64,000 bases of DNA from positions 1,476,791 to 1,540,790 of the forward strand of contig CBDATS010000004.1 of the NCBI GenBank assembly GCA_965200245.1, written 5' to 3'. The position numbers and the translations under genes are program-made. This document shows positions 31,261 through 40,638 of the stretch, piece after piece. The notes below the pieces were generated by a model, which searched no databases, was not told the origin of the DNA, and saw only the letters and a program-made list of their open reading frames with translations. Position 1 is the first letter of the stretch, and each line of letters starts with the position of its first letter. The DNA comes from a bacterium. Its GTDB lineage: Bacteria > UBA8248.

Positions 31261-33591
31261 TTACCCGCCGCGTTGCTTTTCCAGTTCCCGGAACATGTTC
31301 GCAATGCTTTCGAGCGCGTCAGACGCGCCGATTTCCTGAAAGATGCTGCGCGCCTCGGTGAGTCGTTCATGCGAGGCCTCCCATTCGCGCGCCTCGAAAT
31401 GTACCCGACCCAGGTTGCCGAGCGCCAATGCCTGCGCGAGAACGTTCCCTTGTTCGCGACTGATCTCGAGAGCCGCCTCGTACGCCTCGTGTGCTTCTGG
31501 CAAGTCGCCCCGCGCGTAGTGAATGTTTCCCATACCGCTCAGATTCGCTGCCTCGCCTTTTCGGTTTTCGAGTCCCCGATTCAGGCGCAAGGCGTTCTCG
31601 TAATAGCGAAGCGCACGTGTGAATTGCTCCTGCGCCGCGAAACTCACTCCCATCTGTCCATACACTAGGGCTTCACCCGCCTTGTCCCCGATTTTCTGGC
31701 AAAGGCTCAGGGCATCGTCCAGACTCACCTGCGCCGCGTCGTAATCGCCCGTCTCGCTCAGGACAGAGGCGAGCGCGGTGTGTGCCCTCGCCTCGTTGCG
31801 TCTGTCCCCAAGCTTGTGGAACAGGTGCGCCGCCCCCGAGAAATGATCTCCGGCTTTCACCTTGTTCCCCAATCGACGGAACAATCGACCCACGCGCATG
31901 TGCAAGGAGGCGAGTTGCCGGATATCGCCTTGTGATCCGGAATGGTCGAGCGCTTTCTCGTAGAATTCCACTGCTTTCTCGTCATCTCCCTTGCTCTGGT
32001 AGAAATGGCCGAGATTCCTGGAGATCGTCGCCTGCGCAGGAAGGTCGTGACTTGCCTCGCGAAGTGCCTCGCGGGAATAGGAAATCGCAGGCTCCACCTT
32101 TCCCCGCAGGTAGGAAGCCACGGCCAGCGCATTGAGAACCGACTCGAGCCGACTCGTGCGCCGAAGTGATTCCTTGAGATGGTTCGTCGCTTCCTCGTTG
32201 TGCCCCAGAACCAACTCGAGAATGGCTAGGCGCAGGTGTTCCTCGGACGCGGGCATCTGCCGGGTTTTCTCGCGCTGGGCCAACTCGATGCCGGCGGCAT
32301 TTACCACACCCTGCGTCCAGGCGGGAAGTTCCCGCTCCATGTTTTCCGCCAGGAGCAAATCTTCAGGACAGATATCCGCCACAAGGTCGCGTATGAGTTC
32401 CGTAGGCGTGTTCGTCGGAGCCTCGTGAGAAGCAGATAGCGGCGATGCTTCACCGGGAACGAGTACTTCCAGTTCGTCGAGCGGGAAATCGGCCGTTTCA
32501 GCGGTTTTTTCCGTCTCGGCCTCTTCTCGCACAGCGTCGGCTTGCGAAAAATTTTCATCCTTCACGCGTTCGAGCTGAATAAGGGATATGATATCTTCCT
32601 CGTCGGAACTAACTGTTTTCTGTTTGGATTGCGGGGCCGCAGGTACTTCATCGGGTTGATGGATCCCGGAATCGGCGGAAACCACAGCGGACCCGTCTTC
32701 CGTGAGAATCGGTTCTTCATCCCGAGCGGACGGCTGCCTGTCCACATGTTCCCCAAACCTGAGCTCAGGCAATGATTCCCCTGAAGCTTCGGGTTCTGCC
32801 GACGCGTCCAACTCTTCTTCTCGCGCAAATTCAGAGGAAGTGTCCGCCACGCCTTCTCTCTCTCTCGTAAGGCGAATGACCTCTTCGACTTCTTCTTTCT
32901 CACCCGGCGCATCAGTTGCGGAAACGATCTCGTCTCGCACCTCGCTGACGGCGGGAATTCGTATGCGCAAGGGGGCGTTCGCGCCCTGGTTCGCTTCTGC
33001 GGCTTCTAGTATCTCTTCGTCCGAAAGAACTCCCTCGTCTTGGCTGCCCCGTACCGGTGAACCGGGTGGCTCCCTCGGGTCGGCGCTCGGCAACTCATCT
33101 GCCTCAAACGGGTATTCCGCATCGCTCGGTGCGGCCAATTCCTCCCACCAGGGAGTGTCTGGCCTCGTGGCGGGCGATTCAATGATACCGGGCGCGGATT
33201 CTTCGCCATCCGCGGATGGAGCGACCTCCTCGGGAGGGTGAACTTCATCTTTCGCCGGAACTATATCGCCCCCCTTCTCGATTATCCGCACACCTCCTTC
33301 CGCGTCGTCGAGCGAATCGCGTGAATACTCCGCCACAACCGGGCTGATTGCGTGCTTCGCCGTTCGTTCCCCCTCCTCTTCGGTGTCAGGGGTGTTGCCG
33401 TCGATGAAGCGCGATGAGGCATCTTCCCAGCCGTCGGGTGCATTGCTGGCTTCTGCTTCCAGAATTCCGTTCCATGCATGCTTCGAGTGCCTCAGGGCGC
33501 GGCGGCGCGTCCACAACATGAAAGGGATGCCCAAGAGGGCGAGCACGCCCGCTGCGCCCAGCGCCGTTTTCCAGACGGCCACCTCAAACAC
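31261..33591 (-). CDS. Membrane-anchored TPR protein with long acidic disordered linker
   Basis: N-terminal hydrophobic helix, roughly 400 aa rich in E/P/A, then about 8 TPR-like repeats (e.g. GEAANLSGMGNIHYARGDLPEAHEAYEAAL). Confidence 0.75.
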   Translation of the reverse strand: MFEVAVWKTALGAAGVLALLGIPFMLWTRRRALRHSKHAWNGILEAEASNAPDGWEDASSRFIDGNTPDTEEEGERTAKHAISPVVAEYSRDSLDDAEGGVRIIEKGGDIVPAKDEVHPPEEVAPSADGEESAPGIIESPATRPDTPWWEELAAPSDAEYPFEADELPSADPREPPGSPVRGSQDEGVLSDEEILEAAEANQGANAPLRIRIPAVSEVRDEIVSATDAPGEKEEVEEVIRLTREREGVADTSSEFAREEELDASAEPEASGESLPELRFGEHVDRQPSARDEEPILTEDGSAVVSADSGIHQPDEVPAAPQSKQKTVSSDEEDIISLIQLERVKDENFSQADAVREEAETEKTAETADFPLDELEVLVPGEASPLSASHEAPTNTPTELIRDLVADICPEDLLLAENMERELPAWTQGVVNAAGIELAQREKTRQMPASEEHLRLAILELVLGHNEEATNHLKESLRRTSRLESVLNALAVASYLRGKVEPAISYSREALREASHDLPAQATISRNLGHFYQSKGDDEKAVEFYEKALDHSGSQGDIRQLASLHMRVGRLFRRLGNKVKAGDHFSGAAHLFHKLGDRRNEARAHTALASVLSETGDYDAAQVSLDDALSLCQKIGDKAGEALVYGQMGVSFAAQEQFTRALRYYENALRLNRGLENRKGEAANLSGMGNIHYARGDLPEAHEAYEAALEISREQGNVLAQALALGNLGRVHFEAREWEASHERLTEARSIFQEIGASDALESIANMFRELEKQRGG

Positions 33592-35191
33592 TTGCCGTCC
33601 CCTGTTGTATCAGTTTGCGCAGTGCACGGCCCGGATGCGTTCCGGTGTGGTTTCCGTCTTCCACGACGAATTCGCCGTTTACGAGAACCATCTCGATGCC
33701 CGATGGGTACGCTACAGGATGTTCATAGGTGCACTTGTCGCGTATCTTGTCGGGGTCGAACAGCACGAGGTCGGCCTTCATCCCTGCCGCGAGACGGCCT
33801 CGATCCGCGATACCCAGTCGCGCGCAGGGAGCAGAGGTCATCTTCCGTATCGCCTCCGCCATCGAAAAGAGACCCTCGTCGCGCGCCAATGCTCCAAGAA
33901 CGAAGGGGAAAGTGCCGAAATTCCTCGGGTGCGGCCTGCCCCCGCCCAGAGGCGGTTCATGCGTGAGGGCACCCGCGTCTGAACCCACCATAACGTAGGG
34001 TTTGCCGAGGATGCGGCGCATGTTCTCCGAACTCATCATGAAAATGAGAATCTCGACATTCATTCTCTCCTCGATCAGCAAATCGAGCATCGCGTCCACG
34101 GGGGCCATGCCCCGGGCCTCGCCCAGGCGCGCGAGGGTGAGGCCCTCGCAAGTGTTGTTCGCTTCCGTGAATACGCGGCTGATCAGTATCTTCTCCCAAT
34201 AGGAGGGCTCGGGATGCGCCTCCATGATTTCGCCTCGTATCTTCGCCCTGGCTTCCGACTCCGCAAGACGGGCCAGCTTCTCGTCCAAAGCGCCGTCATG
34301 CGCCCAATCGGGCAGAAGTGCGCTGAGGTGGGTGTTCGAGGCCGTGTAGGGGTAACGATCGCAGGTTACGTCTTCGCCCCTCTCTCTCGCGCGTTCAATA
34401 CGGGTGAAGGCCTCGTCGAGCTTGTCCCAGTTGCGTTCGCCCGCTGTCTTCAAATGACTTATCTGAAGCGGTAGCCCCGCCGCCGCCGCAACGCCCATTA
34501 CCTCTTCAATTGCCTCGAGCAGGGTGTCTCCTTCGCTGCGCATGTGGGTGGCCAACAACCCTCCCTTGCGCGCCGAAACCCGACAGAGGGTGATGAGTTC
34601 TTCTTTTTCCGCGAAACAGGCCGGGGCATAGACCAGCCCGGTAGAGAGCCCGAAAGCCCCCTGCTCCATACTGGTGCCGAGCATCTCCTCCATAGCGGCG
34701 AGTTCCTCAGCACGGGCCGCGCGGGCCTCGCCACCCATCACGCTCGAACGAATCGTGTTGTGCCCCGCGAGATGCGCGTAGTTAATCGATACGCCCACCT
34801 CGTCCACGTGATCGAGGTGTTCGCCCACACTTTCAAACGGGATATCCAGGTCGAATTGCTCGCGGTACCACTTCTTGCGCTCTTCGGACTCCGCTCCGCG
34901 AATCGGAGAAGCGGCGTAGCCACAGTTGCCACCCACGTCGGTCGTGACTCCCTGGCGCACCTTTGCGTGCGCCTCGGGGTTGATGAGGAGGTAATAGTCG
35001 GAATGGCCATGGATATCGACGAACCCCGGGCTTAGGGCCAGCCCCCGCGCATCGACCTCTCGACGGGCGGGACCGTTTACTGCGGAACCTGCTGCCGCGA
35101 TGGCGTCTCCACGAACAGCAAGTGCGCCTTCGTAGGGTTCCCCTCCCAAACCGTCAAATATCGTGGCGTGATGAAATATGATGTCATACAT
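33584..35191 (-). CDS. N-acyl-D-amino-acid deacylase (D-aminoacylase)
   Basis: PGFVDIHGHSD, QGVTTDVGGNCG, THMRSEG, QISHLK, GSD and PHPRNFGTFP. Confidence 0.92.
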   Translation of the reverse strand: MYDIIFHHATIFDGLGGEPYEGALAVRGDAIAAAGSAVNGPARREVDARGLALSPGFVDIHGHSDYYLLINPEAHAKVRQGVTTDVGGNCGYAASPIRGAESEERKKWYREQFDLDIPFESVGEHLDHVDEVGVSINYAHLAGHNTIRSSVMGGEARAARAEELAAMEEMLGTSMEQGAFGLSTGLVYAPACFAEKEELITLCRVSARKGGLLATHMRSEGDTLLEAIEEVMGVAAAAGLPLQISHLKTAGERNWDKLDEAFTRIERARERGEDVTCDRYPYTASNTHLSALLPDWAHDGALDEKLARLAESEARAKIRGEIMEAHPEPSYWEKILISRVFTEANNTCEGLTLARLGEARGMAPVDAMLDLLIEERMNVEILIFMMSSENMRRILGKPYVMVGSDAGALTHEPPLGGGRPHPRNFGTFPFVLGALARDEGLFSMAEAIRKMTSAPCARLGIADRGRLAAGMKADLVLFDPDKIRDKCTYEHPVAYPSGIEMVLVNGEFVVEDGNHTGTHPGRALRKLIQQGTASV

Positions 35192-35259
35192 CTTGGACTG
35201 CCCGGGGCGGAGATGCTCGCAAGCTAAGCATAGCAGCAAAAGGAATTATGAGCGAATCT

Positions 35260-36477
35260 TCATCCGCTTGCAATTGGTGGCGCGCCCGACGCCCACTTCC
35301 CGCCCACCATCGCGGCGATGAGTTCCAGGGAAACGGGATCGAAAAGACAGACATCCGCGCGAAGTCTCGGTGCCAGGCGGCCCCAGAAGGACTCGAGACC
35401 CAGAACGCGCGCGGGATTCCGCGTAGCCGTTGCCAGTACGCAGGCGGTTTCGAGGCTGCTCCAACGCCTGAGACGGGGCAGCATGCGAGAGAGCGCAAGG
35501 CGACTGCCGCTCAGGACGCCACCTCGCGTCACGGCGTCGCCCGGTACCTCGTTGTCCGCCTCATTTTCTCCGGGCCGTGGCATCAACCCTCCCTCGGCAA
35601 CGAGGTCCGATGTCAAGACTGTCCGCTCCCAGCCCCTGGCGCGAACGAACGTCGCGATCGGGCGCGGAGCCACATGCACGCCGTCCGCTATCAGGCCGGC
35701 GAAGAGTCTCTCGTCGCTTTGCACGTAATCCATGGGGGAGGCACTTCGGTGCGCGGGGGTCTCTGGGTGGCCGTAGCGATTGAACGCATGAACCGCGAAC
35801 GTGCCGCCGGCTTCCAAAAACTCCTTCACGCAATCAGCCGTGGCTTGGGTGTGTCCCATGGCGGGGACGACGCCGTTCTGCGCCAGCCAACGAGCCAGGT
35901 CTGCAGCGCCCGTCACTTCCGGGGAGAGTGTGACCATGGCCAGCCCAGGCGTGCCGTTCACGCCAAGTCCACCGGCGGCTTCTGCAATTGCCTCTACCTC
36001 GTCCATGGAAGGTATGCGCAGGTGCTCTTGCGGATGCGCGCCCTTCATACGCGGATCAAGATACGGCCCCTCCAGATGTACGCCCAGGATGCGCGCCTCG
36101 GCACAGGCTTCATCCGACTGAAGGCCCCACGCTTCTCGCACGGCGCGTGCCGCGCGAATCAACTCATCCCGCGACGCCGTGGTAAGGGTCGGGAGAAAAG
36201 TGCTCGTTCCCTGTTTTGCCAACTTCCGTGCAATCCGCCGCACGCCGGCTGCATCTGCCGTGAGCAGCGCTTCTGCGCCCAGACCGTTCACCTGCAGGTC
36301 CAACAGACCGGGGCACGCCAGCGCGCCGCCCAAGTCGATCTCCTCGTCGCCGGGAGCCTGCGGGTATGCACCGCGCGGCCCCACGTACGAAAAAACGCCT
36401 TCCTCGATAACAAGGAGAGCGTCCGGAATTTTCTCGATCGGCGTATACGCCGTCACTGCCACGAGGCGCAGAGCCAT
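35260..36477 (-). CDS. nagA: N-acetylglucosamine-6-phosphate deacetylase (divergent)
   Basis: DLQVNG, FLPTLTT, HLEGPYL...GAH, GHT, HAFN, IADGVHV, SD, LSGS and ATRNPA. Confidence 0.8.
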   Translation of the reverse strand: MALRLVAVTAYTPIEKIPDALLVIEEGVFSYVGPRGAYPQAPGDEEIDLGGALACPGLLDLQVNGLGAEALLTADAAGVRRIARKLAKQGTSTFLPTLTTASRDELIRAARAVREAWGLQSDEACAEARILGVHLEGPYLDPRMKGAHPQEHLRIPSMDEVEAIAEAAGGLGVNGTPGLAMVTLSPEVTGAADLARWLAQNGVVPAMGHTQATADCVKEFLEAGGTFAVHAFNRYGHPETPAHRSASPMDYVQSDERLFAGLIADGVHVAPRPIATFVRARGWERTVLTSDLVAEGGLMPRPGENEADNEVPGDAVTRGGVLSGSRLALSRMLPRLRRWSSLETACVLATATRNPARVLGLESFWGRLAPRLRADVCLFDPVSLELIAAMVGGKWASGAPPIASG

Positions 36478-36486
36478 GGCGCGGGC

Positions 36487-37092
36487 CTACTTCTTCTCTG
36501 CGCTTTTCTTCAGTTCTGTGCGCACCTTTGCGTTCGCGTCGATGAGCGATTCGACGTTCTCCATGGCCACATCGTAGAGGGAAGACTGAATCCGTTTGAT
36601 GATCAGGCGGCCTGCCAGCGTGGTGACGCCCGGAACCTTGGGCGGCATCTCCTGGTTGCCCGTTCCTTTCGAGAGCGCTTCGATGTCCTTCAAAATGTTC
36701 CTGTCGTCGTAGAGTTCGTTCTCTCCGTACTGATAGGTAAGCTTTACGTAGTCTCTTTCTTTTCTCTCTTGGTCACGTGTCTCGCGGACGATGTTCTCCA
36801 TGTCGGTGGAGACGGGCTTTTTCGCCGAGTCGTTTTGCTTCTCGATCTGTTTGAAATACTTTGCGTGATCACAGGAGGCGGGCAATTCCTCGCCCGGTAT
36901 CCTCGAACTGATCTCGAAGCGAATCGCCCTGTCGTCGTTCACGAATTTTGGCGGGCCGATCTCGTAGGTGATACCCTCGACGTTGAAACGATCTCCTTTC
37001 TTGGGTTCGAACTTGGTTTGCAGGTCTTTTGTCAGGCGATTCAGCGTTACGGAAGCGATTTCCACGAAAAGCTGCGCTTGAAGTGAAGACAT
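36487..37092 (-). CDS. Hypothetical protein (~200 aa, soluble)
   Basis: Clean ORF with host-like codon usage and GGGGAG upstream; ends 10 bp before the nagA start. No family recognised. Confidence 0.75.
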   Translation of the reverse strand: MSSLQAQLFVEIASVTLNRLTKDLQTKFEPKKGDRFNVEGITYEIGPPKFVNDDRAIRFEISSRIPGEELPASCDHAKYFKQIEKQNDSAKKPVSTDMENIVRETRDQERKERDYVKLTYQYGENELYDDRNILKDIEALSKGTGNQEMPPKVPGVTTLAGRLIIKRIQSSLYDVAMENVESLIDANAKVRTELKKSAEKK

Positions 37093-37304
37093 TTTTCTCA
37101 ATCTCCCCGGCTTCGATGGACAAATCAGAGGATGGAACATGCCCCAGCGGAACGAATGCGTCAAGATCCCGGGAGGTGTTCTCGTGGCCTGTATGACGAA
37201 AACCAATCGCCCCCACTCCCTTCAGTATATGAGCACATATATGATACGCTCGCGGCCTCTCAAGCGCGCATCATTCCTCAATCTTCGATAAGGAGCTGTT
37301 TCAG

Positions 37305-38231
37305 ATGACAGGGCCCGTCCATATCCGCATCGGGGGCTACTCCCCGCCCGACACTTCCCACAGCCGTGCGATGGTTCTCTTCAGGGACAGGATGAACGAA
37401 CGGCTGGGCGAAGACATAAAGATAGACATCTTCTGGAACGTGATGGATTTCGGCTACGGTGCGCCCGATCTGCTCTCCATGGTGGAATGTGGGATGCTCA
37501 ACCTGTGCTATTTCTCGACGAGCTATATCGCAGACAGGGTCCCCGAACTTGAGATCGTCGACCTGCCCTTCACCTTCGAGGATTCTGTCCACGCCTACGG
37601 CGCGCTCGACGGCGCACTGGGCGCGCACTTAAGCGAACGAATCGAGGCACAGACTGGCTACAAGAACCTGGGTTTTTGGGACAACGGTTTCCGCCACCTC
37701 TCGAACAGTGTCCGCGACGTGAGGACGCCCGAGGACTGCCGTGGCCTTCGTGTGCGACTGCAGCCCAACGAAACGCACGTCAGGACATTCGAACTCCTCG
37801 GCGCAAAACCCGTACCGGTGGAACTCAAAGAAGGGATCGCCATGATCGAATCCGGCGAGGTGAACGCGCAGGAAAACCCGCTTTCGAACACCGTGACCTA
37901 CGGGGTCACGAATCACCAAAGACGCATCACGATGAGCGGCCACTTCTACGGGGCGCGCGCCCTGCTCGCTCACCGCGAGAGTTTCGACGCCTGGCCCGCT
38001 GAGGTTCAAGAGGTGGCGCGCGCCAGCATCCGCAAATCCATCGAGTATCAAAGAGAAGCCGCCCTGGCGGGGGAAATAGCGATTCGAAAACGTCTCGAAG
38101 AGGAAGGCGTCTCCTTCGTGGACCTGAACGATGCTGAACGCGCTGCGTTCACCGGGGCCACCGGACCCATACGCGCCGAAGCCAGGGAGAGGCTTGGGAG
38201 CGATCTTTTCGATCTGGCCGAAAGAAGATAG
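37305..38231 (+). CDS. dctP: TRAP-transporter substrate-binding protein (DctP family), no signal peptide
   Basis: DLPFTF, WDNGFRH, GLRVR, LGAKPVP and AQENP; AGGAG RBS at 37291. Confidence 0.85.
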   Translation: MTGPVHIRIGGYSPPDTSHSRAMVLFRDRMNERLGEDIKIDIFWNVMDFGYGAPDLLSMVECGMLNLCYFSTSYIADRVPELEIVDLPFTFEDSVHAYGALDGALGAHLSERIEAQTGYKNLGFWDNGFRHLSNSVRDVRTPEDCRGLRVRLQPNETHVRTFELLGAKPVPVELKEGIAMIESGEVNAQENPLSNTVTYGVTNHQRRITMSGHFYGARALLAHRESFDAWPAEVQEVARASIRKSIEYQREAALAGEIAIRKRLEEEGVSFVDLNDAERAAFTGATGPIRAEARERLGSDLFDLAERR

Positions 38232-38344
38232 GCGAAGACTCTCTTCGCCGGAGTGGCGCGAGGCCCTCCTCGCCATCGCGTCCCTGCTCCGGTTAAAATC
38301 CATGCCCAAAGAGGGTAAATCGAGAGCGGATTTATTCATAGAAG

Positions 38345-39343
38345 GTGCGGACAACCTTGCGTGTATTCTACATTGTCGCATGTCTGGCCGGTATCACCAT
38401 GATTGGTACGGCTGGCTACATCGCAATTGAGGGGTGGTCGCTTGTCGATTCCTTTTACATGACGATTATCACCCTCACGACGGTGGGTTACAGCGAGGTG
38501 GGTGAGATGAGCACGGCAGGGCGCATGTTCACCGTGGTGATCCTGCTCTTGGGCGTGGGAAAGGTGTTCTATGGTACTGCGACGATTGCAGAAGTAAGGT
38601 TCGAAGAGCGAATACGTCAGATTTTCGGGAGGCGAAAACTGGTGAAAGAACTCGATAGACTCGAAAACCATCACATCATCTGCGGATACGGGCGCATCGG
38701 CTCCACCGTCGCGGCAGAATACGCCAGACAGGGGCTGCCTCACGTCATTATCTAGAACGACGAGGCTATCGTCTCTGATCTCGATCAGGAAGGGAAACTC
38801 GTGATTCTCGGCGACGCCACGCTTGACAAGACCCTCGCCGAAGCACACGTGGAGAAAGCAAAAAGCCTCGTCTGCGCCCTGGCGACGGACGCGGAAAACG
38901 TGTTCGTCACCCTGACGGCGCGGACGCTGAACTCGAACCTCTTTATCCTGAGCCGCGCGGCACTCGATAGCTCTATCGGCAAAATGTAGGCGGCCGGCGC
39001 GAATTACGTGGTTTCTCCCTACGTCATGGGCGGCATGCGCATCGCGCAGTCCGTTCTAAGGCCCAAGCTCGCAGGTTTTCTCGACGAGGTTATCAGCCAC
39101 GCGACGACGGATCTCGACTTCGACGAAGTGACCGTGCCCGATGGTTCGGACCTGGTCGGTATGGCGCTTCGGGAATCGAAGATAAGCCAGGAGACCGGTG
39201 TGTACCTTCTGTCCATCCGGCACGCCAACGGGGAGATGCGCTTCAACCCGGGGCCCGATTTTCAAATCCAGGCGGGAGACCACCTCTACGCCCTGGGGAC
39301 GCCCACGCAGGTGGAATCCCTGCGCAAGCGCGTTCATGCGTAA
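38345..39343 (+). pseudogene. MthK/TrkA-type K+ channel (2TM pore + RCK N + RCK C) interrupted by two in-frame TAG codons
   Basis: Three ORF-track fragments lie in one frame: TLTTVGYS filter, ICGYGRIG, GDAT, LTARTLN, AAGANYVVSP, FNP...GDHL. TAGs at 38753-38755 and 38987-38989. Confidence 0.85.
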
Positions 39344-39358
39344 CAGGGATTCACTCCG

Positions 39359-40093
39359 CTAGCCGAGCTTTTCGAGCCTCAACCCCTCCGCCAGGCGCAA
39401 CAATTCACCCGCGGCGCAGGAACCGGGGGTAGCGCGCGCGATAATCGCATCCACCCCCGCCAAGTGGGGAATCACGCCCAAAAGAGGGGTGTCCGCTCCG
39501 CAAAGCTCGACTATGGCCGCGGGATTTCTCTCTCCCGCCGGCGTGGCCTCTATGGTCGTGTCGGATAGGATGACGCCCAAAACCAGGAGGCCCTGCCGTT
39601 TTGCCTCCCGTACGCTGAGCAGGGTGTGGTTGATCGTCCCAAGCCCCAGAGGGGCGACGAGAACGAGAGGCAGGTTCGCGGCCAGTGCCAAATCGCTCAT
39701 CAGGACGCCTTTGGCCAAGGGGGCGAGAAGACCGCCCGCTCCCTCGACAAGGAGAGGGCCGTCTTCTTTTTTGAGTGTTTCTATCGAATCGACGATTCTT
39801 TCCAAATCCGGCGAAGCCCCCTCGCGTTCAGCCGCGTGGGCAGGGGTAAGCGGAATTTCGTATGTGTAGAGGCAGATTTGATCGAGTGGCCGCGGGTCGC
39901 CCGCCGAAGTCCTGAGGGCCAGGGCGTCTCCGGGTATGAGAGTGTCGCCCTCTTTCGCGCAGCCCGATTCTGCAGGCTTCATTACCCTGGGGCTCCGGCC
40001 CTGCGCCGCCCAGTGGGCCGCGATGACGCAGCCCGCCACCGTCTTTCCAACGCCGGTTCCCGCTCCGGTCAAAAAGATGGCAATATCGGACAA
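39359..40093 (-). CDS. bioD: Dethiobiotin synthetase
   Basis: FLTGAGTGVGKT, MKPAESG, TPAHAA, VEGAGGL and LGTINHTLL. Confidence 0.95.
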   Translation of the reverse strand: MSDIAIFLTGAGTGVGKTVAGCVIAAHWAAQGRSPRVMKPAESGCAKEGDTLIPGDALALRTSAGDPRPLDQICLYTYEIPLTPAHAAEREGASPDLERIVDSIETLKKEDGPLLVEGAGGLLAPLAKGVLMSDLALAANLPLVLVAPLGLGTINHTLLSVREAKRQGLLVLGVILSDTTIEATPAGERNPAAIVELCGADTPLLGVIPHLAGVDAIIARATPGSCAAGELLRLAEGLRLEKLG

Positions 40094-40119
40094 TGAACGA
40101 ACCTCGCGAGGAGCCTAAA

Positions 40120-40350
40120 ATGAACCATGCCCAAACCATCGACCTCACGGGCGAAATCTGCCCCATGAACTGGGTGAGGACGAAGCTTGCGCTTGAGGCG
40201 ATGGCACCGGGCGATACCCTGGAAGTATGGATCGACGCAGGCGCCGCCGCCACCAGCGTCTCCAAAAGCGCCGCTGCCGAGGGACATGCCGTCAAGAGTG
40301 GTGTGCCGGACGGGCTAGGTCGCGTGCGGGTCGTTATCAGGAAGGAATGA
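40120..40350 (+). CDS. tusA: TusA/SirA-family sulfur-carrier protein
   Basis: IDLTGEICPMNWVRTKLALE (CPxx motif) and GDTLEV; GAGGAG RBS at 40108-40113. Confidence 0.88.
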   Translation: MNHAQTIDLTGEICPMNWVRTKLALEAMAPGDTLEVWIDAGAAATSVSKSAAAEGHAVKSGVPDGLGRVRVVIRKE

Positions 40351-40475
40351 ATCAATTCATCCCAGGCAAATACTTCTCTGCATATTTTTTCACTTGCCGA
40401 TTTTATTGCCGCTGTTGATCTGAAGCCGACGGTTTTCCGTCTTTCGGAGGAGTATGTATAGGATGGAAGCGAGCC

Positions 40476-40638
40476 GTGAAATGCAGGAAATGCGAGTGGG
40501 TGTTTGTGGAAATGGCGGAAGGGAGACTACCATCATAGGTCATCGGGGCTCGATAACGAATACATCGGGGATGCGCATCTCATCGAATGGGGATGCGAGG
40601 TGGAAGGGATACGAACACCCCATGTGAAATTTCGATAG
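40476..40638 (+). pseudogene. Possible remnant of a YgiT/MqsA-type zinc-finger antitoxin
   Basis: GTG-KCRKCE..MAEG, then after a frameshift DYHHRSSGLDNEYI..., resembling CxxC + YHYxESGLDNVYL. An alternative 57-aa ORF (40454-40627) with a GGAGG RBS overlaps it. Confidence 0.35.

Noticed and set aside
35248-37086. 612-aa plus-strand ORF
   Set aside because: Antisense shadow of nagA and the upstream hypothetical gene; no motifs, typical of GC-rich DNA.
38345-39343. Genome-wide TAG reassignment (alternative genetic code)
   Set aside because: Many intact genes end at TAG exactly where their families end (pal, the DUF3151-like gene, bioD, the DppC-like permease, dctP).
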